The position numbers and the translations under genes are program-made. Shown here one piece after another: positions 18,204 to 31,089 of a DNA stretch of 64,000 nt (within the stretch, counting starts at the first letter, position 1; each line of letters begins with the position of its first letter). Source of the stretch: Candidatus Latescibacterota bacterium (lineage in GTDB: Bacteria > Latescibacterota > UBA2968 > GCA-2709665). The notes below the pieces were generated by a model, which had not been told where the DNA came from, did no database searches, and saw nothing but the letters and a program-made list of their open reading frames with translations. The stretch lies in the NCBI GenBank assembly GCA_965222075.1, contig OZ244937.1, positions 1,696,001 to 1,760,000 on the forward strand. Direction: 5' to 3'.

Positions 18204-19004
18204 ATGTCTACTAAAGGCGAAAAACAGCCCATCAACTGGTCTGCGCTTACCTCCGTCAGTTTCGCCAGCGTACAAATCGCCGTGATCGCCGGTGTGGCGC
18301 TGGTCGTCGTGGCGGCTTCCGAGCTCGTGGTCCGCGCATGGGATATCCCGTCCTATGTCTTCCCGCTGCCGAGTGAGATCGCATCCGCGCTCTACCGGTC
18401 CTTCCCGTTAATCTGGCCGCATCTGCTGGTCACGCTTCAGGAACTGGGCCTGGGATACGCCATCGGGGCTGTCGTCGGCATTCTGCTGGCCGCTCTTATC
18501 ACCCAGTTTCCTTTTGTTGAAAAGATCGTTACGCCGTACATCCTCATTCTGGTCACCACGCCGATGCTCGCCCTTGTGCCGCTGCTTATCCTCAAGTTCG
18601 GTTTCGGCCAGACGCCCCGGGTCATCGCGGTCGCTCTCGCGGTCGGCCCCATGGTGATGATCAACGCCGCCACGGGCTTCCGAAGAACCGACCTGGCGAA
18701 AATCGCCCTCGCGCGCTCATACGGCGCCACGACATTCCAGATCTTTTACAAGGTCCGCTTTCCGCTCGCGCTTCCGATGATCATTGTCGGACTCATGGTC
18801 GGAGGCATCTTCGGCCTGCTGACCGCGATAGGCGCCGAGATGGTTGGGGGCGGGTCCGGCCTGGGCAACCGCCTGGTCTATTATTCGTCCCTCGCACGCA
18901 TGTCCAACTTTTTCGCCGTGATTATTCTCATCGCCGCGATCGGGATCGGCCTTTACGTCGCCTTCTACCTGATCGGAAAAAAATGGGCGAATTGGGAAAG
19001 CTAA
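18204..19004 (+). CDS. ABC permease, TauC/SsuC class
   Basis: Multi-TM, EAA-like loop ARSYGA...ALP. Confidence 0.92.
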   Translation: MSTKGEKQPINWSALTSVSFASVQIAVIAGVALVVVAASELVVRAWDIPSYVFPLPSEIASALYRSFPLIWPHLLVTLQELGLGYAIGAVVGILLAALITQFPFVEKIVTPYILILVTTPMLALVPLLILKFGFGQTPRVIAVALAVGPMVMINAATGFRRTDLAKIALARSYGATTFQIFYKVRFPLALPMIIVGLMVGGIFGLLTAIGAEMVGGGSGLGNRLVYYSSLARMSNFFAVIILIAAIGIGLYVAFYLIGKKWANWES

Positions 19005-19045
19005 CTCCTTCATCAACAGGCAGGAGTCAACCAGGAGGAAGTCAG

Positions 19046-20158
19046 ATGAAGAAAGATACCCTCACCCGCCGCCAATTCCTCGGGTATTCATCCGCGATGG
19101 GCGTCCTGTTCTGTATCCCCGCGAACCCGCTCAGTGCGGCCGAAGCCGACAAGATCGTCTGGGTTTCTCCTCGCGGAAACCTGGAGGTCATGGATGACTT
19201 CAACCTGTGGGTCGCCCACGAAATGGGCTACTTCAAGGAACTGAACCTGGACGTCGTGTTGCAACCCGGTCCCACGGAAGCGATGGCGGTAACCAAACTG
19301 GTGGGCCAGAAACAGGCTGATATCGGTTTTCCGTCTCCAGGCGTTCTGCTTTCCAGTATCGACGCGGGAATCCCGGTTGTCCTTGTGTGGGAAATGGTGA
19401 TGAAACAGGTCTTCGACTTCGCCCTGCCCGAAAACAGTCCGATCGCGAAAGTCCAGGACCTGGAAGGGAAAACGATTGCTGTCGCCTCCGAAGGATGGCG
19501 TGTGATCATCGATCCGATCCTGGTGGAAGCCGGGCTCGATCCCAAGTCCGTAACCTACCTGAACGGCGGCCCTCAGTGGGGACAGATGGTCGCCCTCGGG
19601 CGCGCGGACGCAGGGCTTGCCTGGAGAGGGCTGGCCGCCCAGTGGAAAGCCCTGGGAATGAAGCTTAAATTCCTTATCGGGATGGAGTTCTCCAATCATC
19701 CATCCAACGGTTATGCCATCCACCGCGACGACCTGAAGGACGAAACCCGCGTGGACATCTGGACGCGCTTCTTCAAGGCCAATTGTCTGGCCTACGAATT
19801 TACGCGAGCCAATCCTCGAGCGGCCGGTCAGATCGCCTACGGCCGTTTTCCGGCCCTCCGCGAACAGATGGCGCCCCAGCTCGCGCTGGATTCCATGCTC
19901 GAGTTGGGCACCATCTACTTTGACGGCGACCGCGTTGGCAAAGGGTACGGATACAGCGACCTGGAATCCTGGCAGGCCTACATCGACACCGTTCACAAAC
20001 TCGGACAGATCCGGAACCACTACAAGGCCGAGGACGTCGTCAGCAACGTCTTTGTCAAGGAAGCCAACAATATCGACCGTGAACGCGCCCGCGCCGAAGG
20101 CAAAGCCTTCAAGCTCAACGATAACTTCAAGGATCTGAAAATCAACTATCCGGTCTGA
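19046..20158 (+). CDS. NMT1/THI5/SsuA-like substrate-binding protein, Tat signal
   Basis: TRRQFL; GYFKELNLDV, DLEGKTIAV; start ATG 19046 (RBS AGGAGG). Confidence 0.88.
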   Translation: MKKDTLTRRQFLGYSSAMGVLFCIPANPLSAAEADKIVWVSPRGNLEVMDDFNLWVAHEMGYFKELNLDVVLQPGPTEAMAVTKLVGQKQADIGFPSPGVLLSSIDAGIPVVLVWEMVMKQVFDFALPENSPIAKVQDLEGKTIAVASEGWRVIIDPILVEAGLDPKSVTYLNGGPQWGQMVALGRADAGLAWRGLAAQWKALGMKLKFLIGMEFSNHPSNGYAIHRDDLKDETRVDIWTRFFKANCLAYEFTRANPRAAGQIAYGRFPALREQMAPQLALDSMLELGTIYFDGDRVGKGYGYSDLESWQAYIDTVHKLGQIRNHYKAEDVVSNVFVKEANNIDRERARAEGKAFKLNDNFKDLKINYPV

Positions 20159-20189
20159 CTGCGTCCGATTTTCAGAGGAGACACTGACA

Positions 20190-21371
20190 ATGGCGAACGA
20201 AGGCAGCGCGAAGTACCCCGGTATCAGGATCACCGCCGTGGACACCTTCCTGGTGGAAGGCAACTGCTGTTTCGTGAAGGTCAGCACCAACGAGGGGATC
20301 ACGGGACTGGGCGAGGGCTCGATCAGCGACAACAAGGTGGGCACCATCGCCCAGTGCATCAAAGACCTGGAGGGCCACCTCATCGGCAAGAATCCCACGG
20401 ACATCGAGCTTCTCTGGCAGGGGCTCTACCGCTGGAACCGCTGGCACGTGGGCGTGCTCTTCAGCACCGCCCTCAGCGCCATCGATATCGCCCTGTGGGA
20501 TATCCTCGGAAAGATCGCGGGCCTGCCGATCTACAAGCTCCTCGGAGGCGCCGCGCGGGACAAGGTCCGCATCTACGCCGGCGGCAGCGGAAAGTCGGGC
20601 GTGCAGCGCGCCCGGAGCATGGGATGCAATGCCGTCAAGACGGGGCCGCCGGTGACCAGGGTTGGCGACCCTCTCACCGTGCCCATGCCCTGGGACCTGA
20701 ACCGGGCAGCCGCGCAGATCGAGGAGATGCGGGTCGAAGGGGGCGATGACTTCGACATCCTCATCGACGCCCACGGCCGGCTGACGCCGACCATGGCCCT
20801 GGAGTACTGCAAGGCCGTCGAGCCCTACCGTCCCTTCTGGGTGGAGGAACCGATCCAGGTGGAAGGATCGAACGACGCCCTCGAGTGGCTGAGCGACCAC
20901 ACGACGGTGCCCCTGTGCATGGGCGAACGGAACTTCACCAAGTGGGGCTTCCAGGACATCATCGCCAAGCGCCTGGTGAGCTACCTCAATCCGGACATCG
21001 TCCACTGCGGCGGCATCTCGGAGTTCAAGAAGATCGCGGCCATGGCGGAGGCGCAGTACATCCAGGTCTCTCCCCACATCACCTACAGCAAGGTAGGTCT
21101 CACCGCCGAGATCCACATGGGCCTGAACTGCCCCAACAGCGTCATCCAGGAGATGGGGTCCTACGCGAACGAGCCCTTCAAGGAGTCCACGGACTGGATG
21201 GACGACCTGTTCTTCGGGCACAGGTACCAGATCGAGGACGGTTTCGTGAGGTTGCCGGACACCCCCGGTCTCGGACTCGAGCTGAACGAGGAGGTGGCCC
21301 GGACCCACCCTTACGAACCGCAACTCCGCCCGGAGCTCAGGTACGAGGACGGGTCGGTGGAGGACAACTGA
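20190..21371 (+). CDS. Mandelate racemase/galactonate dehydratase-like enzyme
   Basis: SAIDIALWDILGK, IDAHG, VEEP, MGER, PGLG. Confidence 0.92.
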   Translation: MANEGSAKYPGIRITAVDTFLVEGNCCFVKVSTNEGITGLGEGSISDNKVGTIAQCIKDLEGHLIGKNPTDIELLWQGLYRWNRWHVGVLFSTALSAIDIALWDILGKIAGLPIYKLLGGAARDKVRIYAGGSGKSGVQRARSMGCNAVKTGPPVTRVGDPLTVPMPWDLNRAAAQIEEMRVEGGDDFDILIDAHGRLTPTMALEYCKAVEPYRPFWVEEPIQVEGSNDALEWLSDHTTVPLCMGERNFTKWGFQDIIAKRLVSYLNPDIVHCGGISEFKKIAAMAEAQYIQVSPHITYSKVGLTAEIHMGLNCPNSVIQEMGSYANEPFKESTDWMDDLFFGHRYQIEDGFVRLPDTPGLGLELNEEVARTHPYEPQLRPELRYEDGSVEDN

Positions 21372-21414
21372 AACTTCCAGGGGCGGGCCATTCTAAAAAG
21401 TGGGTATAGTTCTC

Positions 21415-21582
21415 TCAATAAACGCCAGGAATAATCCGGTACTTCACCCGCGCCTGATACTCTGCCCACTTTTCGGGGCCGTATTTCTCGGCACAGTGCC
21501 TGTCGTCCTGAAGTTGACGCACGGTGAACAGCGTGACGATGAAGACAAAGTAGGTCCAGGCCCAGGGATTGGTGAAGTAGCC
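21415..21582 (-). pseudogene. C-terminal fragment of an ERG4/ERG24-family sterol reductase
   Basis: Manual translation GYFTNPWAWTYFVFIVTLFTVRQLQDDRHCAEKYGPEKWAEYQARVKYRIIPGVY*; DDxxCxxKYG..W..Y..V.YRIIP.Y signature; no start. Confidence 0.8.
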
Positions 21583-21604
21583 GGGAACCCACTTTCCTGT
21601 GAGA

Positions 21605-23980
<2,376 letters not shown>

Positions 23981-23991
23981 TCACACTTCAC

Positions 23992-25539
23992 TCAGGCGTG
24001 TGCGACCTCGAAGACTGTCAGGTTGCGGGTGTTCTTGCTGAACTCTACGGCAATCAGGTAGATCGGCTGGTTCAGGCCGCGATATTTGTCCGCGTACCGC
24101 TTTTCCTTCAATTGCGCCATCGCTCCGCCCTCAGGCGCCATCTCGACCACCTTGAACTCGAATAAATAGATGTTACTGTTAAATTGAACGGCCATGTCCA
24201 GGCGGCCATGGCTGCTGCTGTCCTCCACGGTGATGTCAAGCCCCAGTCCCGCGAAATAGGAGTAGAACACGCTGGCGTAGTAGCCCTCAAAATTGGCGAT
24301 GTCGTTGTTGGTGTACCACTCGTAGGGTATGCTGGCGAAGAAGGCGTGGAATAATGTCTCGAGGCCGGCGAAGTCGTTGGCTTCCAGCAGGCGGTACAGG
24401 CGCACGCTGTTCGCCATCTGGCGCGTCGAGTCTTTCACCAGGTAGCGCAGCAGGCTCTCGTTGAGGCTTTGACGCACCTCCCGATTGGGATAGCTCAGGC
24501 GATAGAGGAACTTGCCGCCGAGGTTCTCTTTCTCTGTGATGGTGAGGTAGCCGGTCTGGAACAAGAGTGCCTCGGTCGCTATGTGGTCAACGTCGAAGGC
24601 GGACAACAACTCGTCGCTACCGATCATGTTATCGAGTTCGAGGGAACTAACGTGGCGTTTGAACAGTGTTTCAATGAGGAACGTGGGCGTGCCGGTCTCG
24701 AACCAGTAGGTGCCAAAGGTGCGCTTGTCGAACAGCAGGAGAATGTCGAAAGGGTTGTACACCTTCTCGTCGCCCAGCCAGCAATAACCGTTGTACCAGT
24801 CGCAGACCTCCTCTCGATCCAGGCCCGGCAGTTCTGGCGCGAACACGGTGTCCAGGTCTGCCTCGGTGTAGCCGCAGATGGCGGAATAACGCGGGTCAAT
24901 GGTGATGTCGGTGAGGTTGTTGAGGCCAGAGAACAGGTGAACTTTGGAGAATTTGCTGACGCCGGTGAGGAAGGTGAAGCGGACGTGTGCGTCGCAGTCT
25001 TTGATGGTGGCGTACAGGCCACGCAAGAAGTCGCGGTTGGCACGGGCGATGTCCGGGACTTCCAGCGCGTCCAGGATCGGTTTGTCGTATTCGTCAACGA
25101 GAACGGCCACGCGCTGTCCCGCCTGGCGGTGCAGCATCTGGATTATATGACGAAAGCGTGCCGACGCGGTGTCGTAATGGCTTTCCACGCCCGTTTCCTC
25201 TTCAATGGCGTCCAGTTGCGCCATGACCTCTTTGTGCAAGATCCCCGGCTCATTAAAGTTGCCGCTGCCAAAACTGAGGCGCAGGACGGGATAGCGCACT
25301 CGCCAATCCCAGTGGTCGTGGATGTACAACCCCTCAAACAGCGGCTCATTTCCCTCAAATAGTTCCTTCAGCGTGTCCAGAAACAGGCTTTTGCCAAAGC
25401 GACGCGGTCGCGACAGGAAATAGTGCGTGCCCTCATTGAGCAGTTCTCGGATATAGACCGTCTTATCGACATAGTAGTAGTTCTGCTCCCGAATCTTGCA
25501 GAAGGTCTGAATGCCGATGGGCAGTCTGCGTTTGGTCAA
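23992..25539 (-). CDS. AAA-ATPase-like + PD-(D/E)XK nuclease (DUF1703-type)
   Basis: LPIGIQTF, YVDKT, RPRRFGKS, VDEYD, GRLDM..FEFK; start TTG 25539 (RBS GGAGG). Confidence 0.92.
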   Translation of the reverse strand: MTKRRLPIGIQTFCKIREQNYYYVDKTVYIRELLNEGTHYFLSRPRRFGKSLFLDTLKELFEGNEPLFEGLYIHDHWDWRVRYPVLRLSFGSGNFNEPGILHKEVMAQLDAIEEETGVESHYDTASARFRHIIQMLHRQAGQRVAVLVDEYDKPILDALEVPDIARANRDFLRGLYATIKDCDAHVRFTFLTGVSKFSKVHLFSGLNNLTDITIDPRYSAICGYTEADLDTVFAPELPGLDREEVCDWYNGYCWLGDEKVYNPFDILLLFDKRTFGTYWFETGTPTFLIETLFKRHVSSLELDNMIGSDELLSAFDVDHIATEALLFQTGYLTITEKENLGGKFLYRLSYPNREVRQSLNESLLRYLVKDSTRQMANSVRLYRLLEANDFAGLETLFHAFFASIPYEWYTNNDIANFEGYYASVFYSYFAGLGLDITVEDSSSHGRLDMAVQFNSNIYLFEFKVVEMAPEGGAMAQLKEKRYADKYRGLNQPIYLIAVEFSKNTRNLTVFEVAHA

Positions 25540-25631
25540 GGTTCCTCCGGGGGTCGATCTCCTCAAAGTACACGACAAAAATCGAAATGCCATTGTTCCG
25601 ACGATTATTTGCTCTTCTCTAATAAATCCCT

Positions 25632-25796
25632 TGCGACCAGAGAAGTGAGGAGGCTGTCTACGGAGCCGAGCAGGGCGAGAATGAGCGCCGGTTCCACCGC
25701 ATGCGCCAGGAAGTCGGCGGAAGGCAGCGCCAACTGCAATCCCGGCAGGCCGGTCGGTATCTGACCGATGACGGGCACGTCCTTCAGCCACAGCGT
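25632..25796 (-). pseudogene. Internal fragment of a SulP/BicA anion transporter
   Basis: Manual translation VPVIGQIPTGLPGLQLALPSADFLAHAVEPALILALLGSVDSLLTSLVA. Confidence 0.75.
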
Positions 25797-25874
25797 CCTT
25801 TCACCGGATAACGGCAGTTGAGCTTGACGCAGCTCAAGTTATGTAGTACCTTCCAACAAAATAAGGAGTGGACA

Positions 25875-26531
25875 ATGCTGAGATTTCCCGAAGAACTCAT
25901 GCTTCTCATCCTCGACGACGAGAACGGGAAATTCGCCCGAGTGTCGGATCAACAGTTGCGCTACGCGCTCGCCGGAGGGGTGCTGATGGATCTGGCGCTG
26001 GAGAACCGTATCGACACCGATCTGAAGCAGCTGATCCTCGTCAATCCGCATCCCGTTCAGGACAGCCTGCTCGACCCGACGCTCGCCGACATTTCGCAGG
26101 CAACCGATACCCACGATGCGCGCTTCTGGGTAGGGCGCACCGCCATTCGCAGCGCCGACGCCATTCGCCAGGAGGCGCTCGACCGGCTGGTAGAGCGGGG
26201 TATCCTGCAACGTCAGGACAACCGGTTTTTGTGGGTTTTCCGGTCGCGGCGCTACCCGGCCATCGACGACCGGGCCGAACGGGAGGTCAAGCTCAGAATT
26301 ATGGAGATCTTGTTCAGCGACCAGCTTCCCGGCCCGCGCGATGTGGTGATCATCGGCCTGGCGCACGCCTGCAACCTGTTCAGGCAGATACTGTCTACCC
26401 GCGAACTGGCGCACGTTGCCCCCCGCATCAACCAGGTGCGCCAGCTCGATTTGATCGGCCAGGCCATGTCGCAGGCGATCACGGACATTGAGCTGTCACT
26501 TGCCCTCGCTGTGCAGATGAAGCCATATTAG
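25875..26531 (+). CDS. GPP34 (GOLPH3/Vps74) family protein
   Basis: EELMLLILDDENG, LAGGVLMDLALENRI, LVERGIL, RRYP; RBS AAGGAG. Confidence 0.85.
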   Translation: MLRFPEELMLLILDDENGKFARVSDQQLRYALAGGVLMDLALENRIDTDLKQLILVNPHPVQDSLLDPTLADISQATDTHDARFWVGRTAIRSADAIRQEALDRLVERGILQRQDNRFLWVFRSRRYPAIDDRAEREVKLRIMEILFSDQLPGPRDVVIIGLAHACNLFRQILSTRELAHVAPRINQVRQLDLIGQAMSQAITDIELSLALAVQMKPY

Positions 26532-26591
26532 CCCGCGGCCTGGCCGCCCGACCTCGTGTGCCCCCAGCACGAGCGAACAAGCGGCGAACAG

Positions 26592-28322
26592 CTAAGGCGC
26601 GCCCTCGACCTGCACCGCAACGATGTCCAGATCGTGATATTTCTGGTGGCGCACCGAAGAGGCGTAATGCCGCAACAGGCGGAACGAGATCTCGCGCTCG
26701 TCCACCAGCTCGGGCTGCTCGCTCAGATAGGCCAGTCGGTCTTCGAGATTTTCCCCCGCGGCAGCCGCCAAAAACTCCAGCTCCGCCGCCCCCTCGGCGA
26801 AGCGCGCGGTGATGATCAAGCGCCGCCCGTTATCGCCCACGCCGTCCTCAGCTTGTTGTATCAGAATCGCCAGGGTCTCTTCCCCTGCGGCGCACAGCCG
26901 CTCGGTCGCCGGGTCGTTCCAGCCGATTTTCGCGGCAAAGGCGCGGAGGAACGCGTCGATCCTGGGCAGCGCGGCGATGACCAACTCGATCTCCAGGCGC
27001 CGGCGGCGCGGAGCCGTCAGCTCCATGAACGCGGTCAGTAAGATCGCGGCAAGACCACCAGCGGTCATGCCGTTGCCCAGCAAGACACCCCACGTCCCGC
27101 CCAGCAAGTCGGCGAAGATCACCTGATTCTGAAAGCCCACGCCAATCCAGAACGACAGCCCCACCACTGCGGCCTTCCGGTGATCGAGGCCGTCCTCGAC
27201 GACCAGCTTCATACCCTGTACAAAGAGCAGGCCTATGAGCAGGGTTACATAGGCCGCGCCCACAGGGTTGGGAATGGCGATCAGGAGGGCCGTCACCTTG
27301 GGCGATAAGGCCAGTACCGCAAAGATGGCCCCGATATACACCCCAACGCGGCGCGCGGCGACCCCGGTGAGTTCGGCGAGCGATATACTGGTCGAGTAGG
27401 TCGTATTGGGGGGCGTCCCGGCGAGCCCGGACAACAGGTTGCCCATCCCGTCGGCGTTGAGTGCGCCCTGCACCAGGCGAAAATCGGTTGCCCGCGGCCG
27501 GCGCCGCGAGACCCGTTGAATGGCAACGCCGTCGCCAATGGTCTCAATCGCGCCTACTAAGGTAACGACCACAAACGCCGGCAGCAGCGTCCAGAACGCT
27601 GCACTCAGCGTCAGGTCCAATCCCGGCCACGCGCTATCGGGAAGACCGATCCAGGGGGCTTCGATTACGGGATTAATGTCGTATAGTCCGAAGAGGGCGG
27701 CCACCGCGCAACCCACCGCGATGCCGATGAGCGGCGCCCACAGCCGCCAGGCCACCGGGGCGCGCAACGCCAGCACCACAAGGGTAACGAGCGTCGCCCC
27801 GGCCGCGGCCGGGGCCGCGGCCCACGGCGTGCCCTCGGGCACATCCGTCAGCAAGCCGAAAATGATCGGCATGACCGTGACGGCGATCAGCATGATCACC
27901 GTGCCGGAGACGACCGGCGTGATAATCCTGCGCAGTAGCGAAAGCCGTGCGGCCAGGGCAAACTGAAACAGCGACGAAACGACGATCAGGCTCGCCATCA
28001 GGGCCGGTCCACCCTCCACCAGTGCCTTGATGCAGACCGCGATGAAGGCACCGGAGGTGCCCATGATAAGCACGTGTCCGGCCCCGATCCGCCCGACCCG
28101 GACCGCTTGCAGAACCGTGCTCACTCCACTGATCATCAGCGCCGCGAAGGCGACCCAGGTCAGGTAGCTCTCCGCCTGGTTGGCCGCCCGGCCAATAATA
28201 ATCGCGCTGAGCACCACCGGCGCCAGGACGACAACCGCGGCCTGAAAGCCGACCCCGACGGCGACTGAGTGGGGGGGCTGCTCATCCGGCTCGTAGCGGA
28301 TGTTTTCATTTACGCACGCCAT
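26592..28322 (-). CDS. NCS2 xanthine/uracil permease with soluble C-terminal extension
   Basis: SGVSTVLQ, TPVVSG, ETIGD, PNTTYS; ~115-aa tail. Confidence 0.88.
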   Translation of the reverse strand: MACVNENIRYEPDEQPPHSVAVGVGFQAAVVVLAPVVLSAIIIGRAANQAESYLTWVAFAALMISGVSTVLQAVRVGRIGAGHVLIMGTSGAFIAVCIKALVEGGPALMASLIVVSSLFQFALAARLSLLRRIITPVVSGTVIMLIAVTVMPIIFGLLTDVPEGTPWAAAPAAAGATLVTLVVLALRAPVAWRLWAPLIGIAVGCAVAALFGLYDINPVIEAPWIGLPDSAWPGLDLTLSAAFWTLLPAFVVVTLVGAIETIGDGVAIQRVSRRRPRATDFRLVQGALNADGMGNLLSGLAGTPPNTTYSTSISLAELTGVAARRVGVYIGAIFAVLALSPKVTALLIAIPNPVGAAYVTLLIGLLFVQGMKLVVEDGLDHRKAAVVGLSFWIGVGFQNQVIFADLLGGTWGVLLGNGMTAGGLAAILLTAFMELTAPRRRRLEIELVIAALPRIDAFLRAFAAKIGWNDPATERLCAAGEETLAILIQQAEDGVGDNGRRLIITARFAEGAAELEFLAAAAGENLEDRLAYLSEQPELVDEREISFRLLRHYASSVRHQKYHDLDIVAVQVEGAP

Positions 28323-28344
28323 TCCAGTAATTCCCGCACTTCGT

Positions 28345-28722
28345 TCACGCTCGCCCTCTTTCTCTTTCGATCCAACACCAGGCCAGGCACCGCTTGAAAT
28401 CGCCAAGCCACATGGCCGCGTCCGGATCGAAGGTTAAGGCGTCATGCAGCCGCACGTCACACCGGGGCGGATCTTCTTTCACCACCCCAGAGACAAGAAC
28501 GTTTCCGCCACGTGAAACCCTGAACAACAGCCGCTTGCCCGATCTTTTCGCCGCCAGCCGGTAGGCCTTAAAGCACGGCACCGCCACACTATCACCCGCC
28601 AGCGCTTTTTCAAGAACGGGCCGCAAGGCGTCAAGGGTTTGGTCATGCACTTCGGAACGGGGGGACATCCGGACATCTCCCGTGTTCAAAGTCTTGTGCT
28701 CGAGTACTTCGCTACGCCGCAT
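28345..28722 (-). CDS. Hypothetical protein
   Basis: Protein-like from ATG 28722: HKTLNTGDVRMSPRSEV...WLGDFKRCLAW. Confidence 0.55.
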   Translation of the reverse strand: MRRSEVLEHKTLNTGDVRMSPRSEVHDQTLDALRPVLEKALAGDSVAVPCFKAYRLAAKRSGKRLLFRVSRGGNVLVSGVVKEDPPRCDVRLHDALTFDPDAAMWLGDFKRCLAWCWIERERGRA

Positions 28723-28734
28723 GTTTCTACCCCC

Positions 28735-28755
28735 CCTTACCGGTCGGCAGGCAGG
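28735..28755. repeat. 21-nt degenerate copy of the CCTGCCTG palindrome family
   Basis: Minus strand CCTGCCTGCCGACCGGTAAGG; first 14 nt shared with the copy at 45523-45546. Confidence 0.6.
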
Positions 28756-29069
28756 CGCCGGGCCGTAAGTGGTTACACCCAAAAGTACCTTCGTATCCCG
28801 ATTTGGGGTCCCTCTTTTTGAAAAAAGTGCGCCGCCCATCGTGCGGATTCGTCCTCCACTTTCTCCACCCACCTCCTCGATACATTTCGTGATGCTGATC
28901 AATTTCGAGAATGGCAATTCTTTGGATCGAGTGAAACCTTTCCTCAACGCCATCTGAATTCCGCACACCTCTCATCTATCCGGAGAAGGAGAGAAAAATG
29001 AGCAAACTCAAAATGATGATTTGAAGCCATTGTCCATGACAACAATCGGCCGATACAGCCGTTGCATGG

Positions 29070-29130
29070 GCGTGAACTTCTCGTGGATATTGCAGAAAGC
29101 GTGAACTTCTCGTGGATATTGCAGAAAGCG
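29070..29130. repeat. Perfect 29-bp tandem duplication
   Basis: GCGTGAACTTCTCGTGGATATTGCAGAAA x2 plus GCG. Confidence 0.9.
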
Positions 29131-29172
29131 ACTAAAAGTATATCAATTGCTGACTCACATGGCGGCAACCTG

Positions 29173-31089
29173 CTATGCTCCTGTCCCTACTTCCAAATCG
29201 GCATCGCTACGATGATACCGCGCAGCGTCAGGGAAGAAGACGCTCAGCACCTGTCGGGCAATGCCCTGTGCGTCCAGTTGCAGCCGATGTCGTTGGTCAG
29301 TCGCAGTGCCGTGCTCAATGAAGGAATCCGGCATACCGATGCGATGCACCGATACATCCTCCAGTCCGGCCTCGGTGAGGGCTTCAAGTACGGCAGAGCC
29401 GAACCCTCCGGCAAGCACATTTTCCTCCACGGTGACGATACGCCCGACGCTGCGGGCTGCGTTTAACAGCAGCTCTACATCGAACGGCTTCACAAAGAGC
29501 GGATTCACTACGCCGCAGTCGATACCATACTCGGCAAGCATTTCTGCTGCCTGCACGGCTGCGTCGGCAGGCTTGCCCAGACCAAAGACAACGACATCGC
29601 GTCCCTCCCTGACAACATAGCCCTTGCCCAGCGGCAGCTCCTTGAGGTCGCTGTCGAGCGGCGCGCCCGTGGCGGTTCCCCTGGCGATGCGGATAGCGAA
29701 GGGTCCCTGGTGTCTATAGGCGGTATAGACGAGATGTTGTAAATCGTTTTCGTCCATCGGCGCTGCTACGACGGCGTTGGGAAGACACCGCAGGTATGAG
29801 ATGTCGAATGCGCCGTGGTGTGTCTTGCCGTCCTCTCCGACGATGCCCGCACGATCGGCTATCAGCGTCACGGGCAGGTTCTGCAAGCAGACATCATGCA
29901 CCACCTGATCGAACGCCCGCTGGAGGAATGTGGAGTAGATTGAGACGAAGGGGGTGAGTCCGGTGGATGCCATTCCCGCCGCCATGCTGACGGCGTGCTG
30001 CTCCGCGATGCCGACATCGAAGACTTTGTCCGGGAATTCGTTCCGCACTTCCGCCAGCCCCGTGCCCTCAAGCATCGCCGCAGAGATGCCGACGACGGAT
30101 TCGTCCTCGCGCATGAGGCGTGTGAGTGTCTGGGCAAACACCTTTGAGTAAGTGGGCGCTCCCGACGAGTCTCCCAACGGCGAGCTTGGCTGGTGAAACT
30201 TGACGGGATCGTCCTCAGCAGGTTCATAACCATGCCCCTTATGCGTAACGACATGTACCAGAGGCACGAAGCCGGTGGATATTCTGGCTTGCCGAAGTGT
30301 GTCTTCAAGCTGCTCGAAGTCGTGCCCGTCCACGGGTCCCAGGTATTGAAAACCCATCTCGTTCCAGAACATCGTGGGCAGGATGAAACTTTCTACCCCG
30401 TCATTGAGCCTTTTGACAAGTTGGTAAATCAGCTCGCCCGTGGGCACCCTCTTCGAAAGAGCGGTCATACGCCTGATCATCGCGTGATACTGCGGGTGCG
30501 TAATCAGACGCTTGCGCCAGTTGGTGAGGAAGCCGATATTCTCAGAGATGGACATCCCGTTGTCGTTGAGGACCACAATCAGCTTTTCAGGGTTGAGATG
30601 CACGATGTTGTTCAGCGCCTCAAAGCTTGAGCCGGAAGTCATCGCCCCGTCCCCGACCACCGCGATAGTCCACGAGTCGATCTGCCGATTCGCCGCGCCT
30701 TGCGCTATGCCCAGAGCGATGGAAAGTCCCGTGCCGGCGTGCCCCGCACAGAGTGTGTCGTGCGGGCTTTCGCTTGGCTCTCCGAACCCTGACAGCCCGC
30801 CCTCTAATCGGATGTCCTTGAACTCGTTGCGGCGTCCTGTCACCAGCTTGTGCGTGTAGAGCTGGTTGGTGGTATCCCAGACGATGCGGTCCGTGGGGCT
30901 GTCGAAAATGCGGTGCAGCGCCAGGGTGAGCTCGACCACGCCCAGATTGGAAGCCAAATGACCGCCGCGCTCGGTTATCACGGAGATGATGGTGTCTCGC
31001 GCCTCCTGCGCAACTTGCGTCAACTCTTCGTGGTTCAGCGCTTTGAGGTCACTCGGTGCGTCAATCCTATCCAAAATACGGCTGACCAT
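29173..31089 (-). CDS. dxs: 1-deoxy-D-xylulose-5-phosphate synthase
   Basis: GGHLASNLGVVEL, GDGAMT..EALNN, LNDN, DVGIAEQH, YSTFLQR, DRAG. Confidence 0.96.
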   Translation of the reverse strand: MVSRILDRIDAPSDLKALNHEELTQVAQEARDTIISVITERGGHLASNLGVVELTLALHRIFDSPTDRIVWDTTNQLYTHKLVTGRRNEFKDIRLEGGLSGFGEPSESPHDTLCAGHAGTGLSIALGIAQGAANRQIDSWTIAVVGDGAMTSGSSFEALNNIVHLNPEKLIVVLNDNGMSISENIGFLTNWRKRLITHPQYHAMIRRMTALSKRVPTGELIYQLVKRLNDGVESFILPTMFWNEMGFQYLGPVDGHDFEQLEDTLRQARISTGFVPLVHVVTHKGHGYEPAEDDPVKFHQPSSPLGDSSGAPTYSKVFAQTLTRLMREDESVVGISAAMLEGTGLAEVRNEFPDKVFDVGIAEQHAVSMAAGMASTGLTPFVSIYSTFLQRAFDQVVHDVCLQNLPVTLIADRAGIVGEDGKTHHGAFDISYLRCLPNAVVAAPMDENDLQHLVYTAYRHQGPFAIRIARGTATGAPLDSDLKELPLGKGYVVREGRDVVVFGLGKPADAAVQAAEMLAEYGIDCGVVNPLFVKPFDVELLLNAARSVGRIVTVEENVLAGGFGSAVLEALTEAGLEDVSVHRIGMPDSFIEHGTATDQRHRLQLDAQGIARQVLSVFFPDAARYHRSDADLEVGTGA

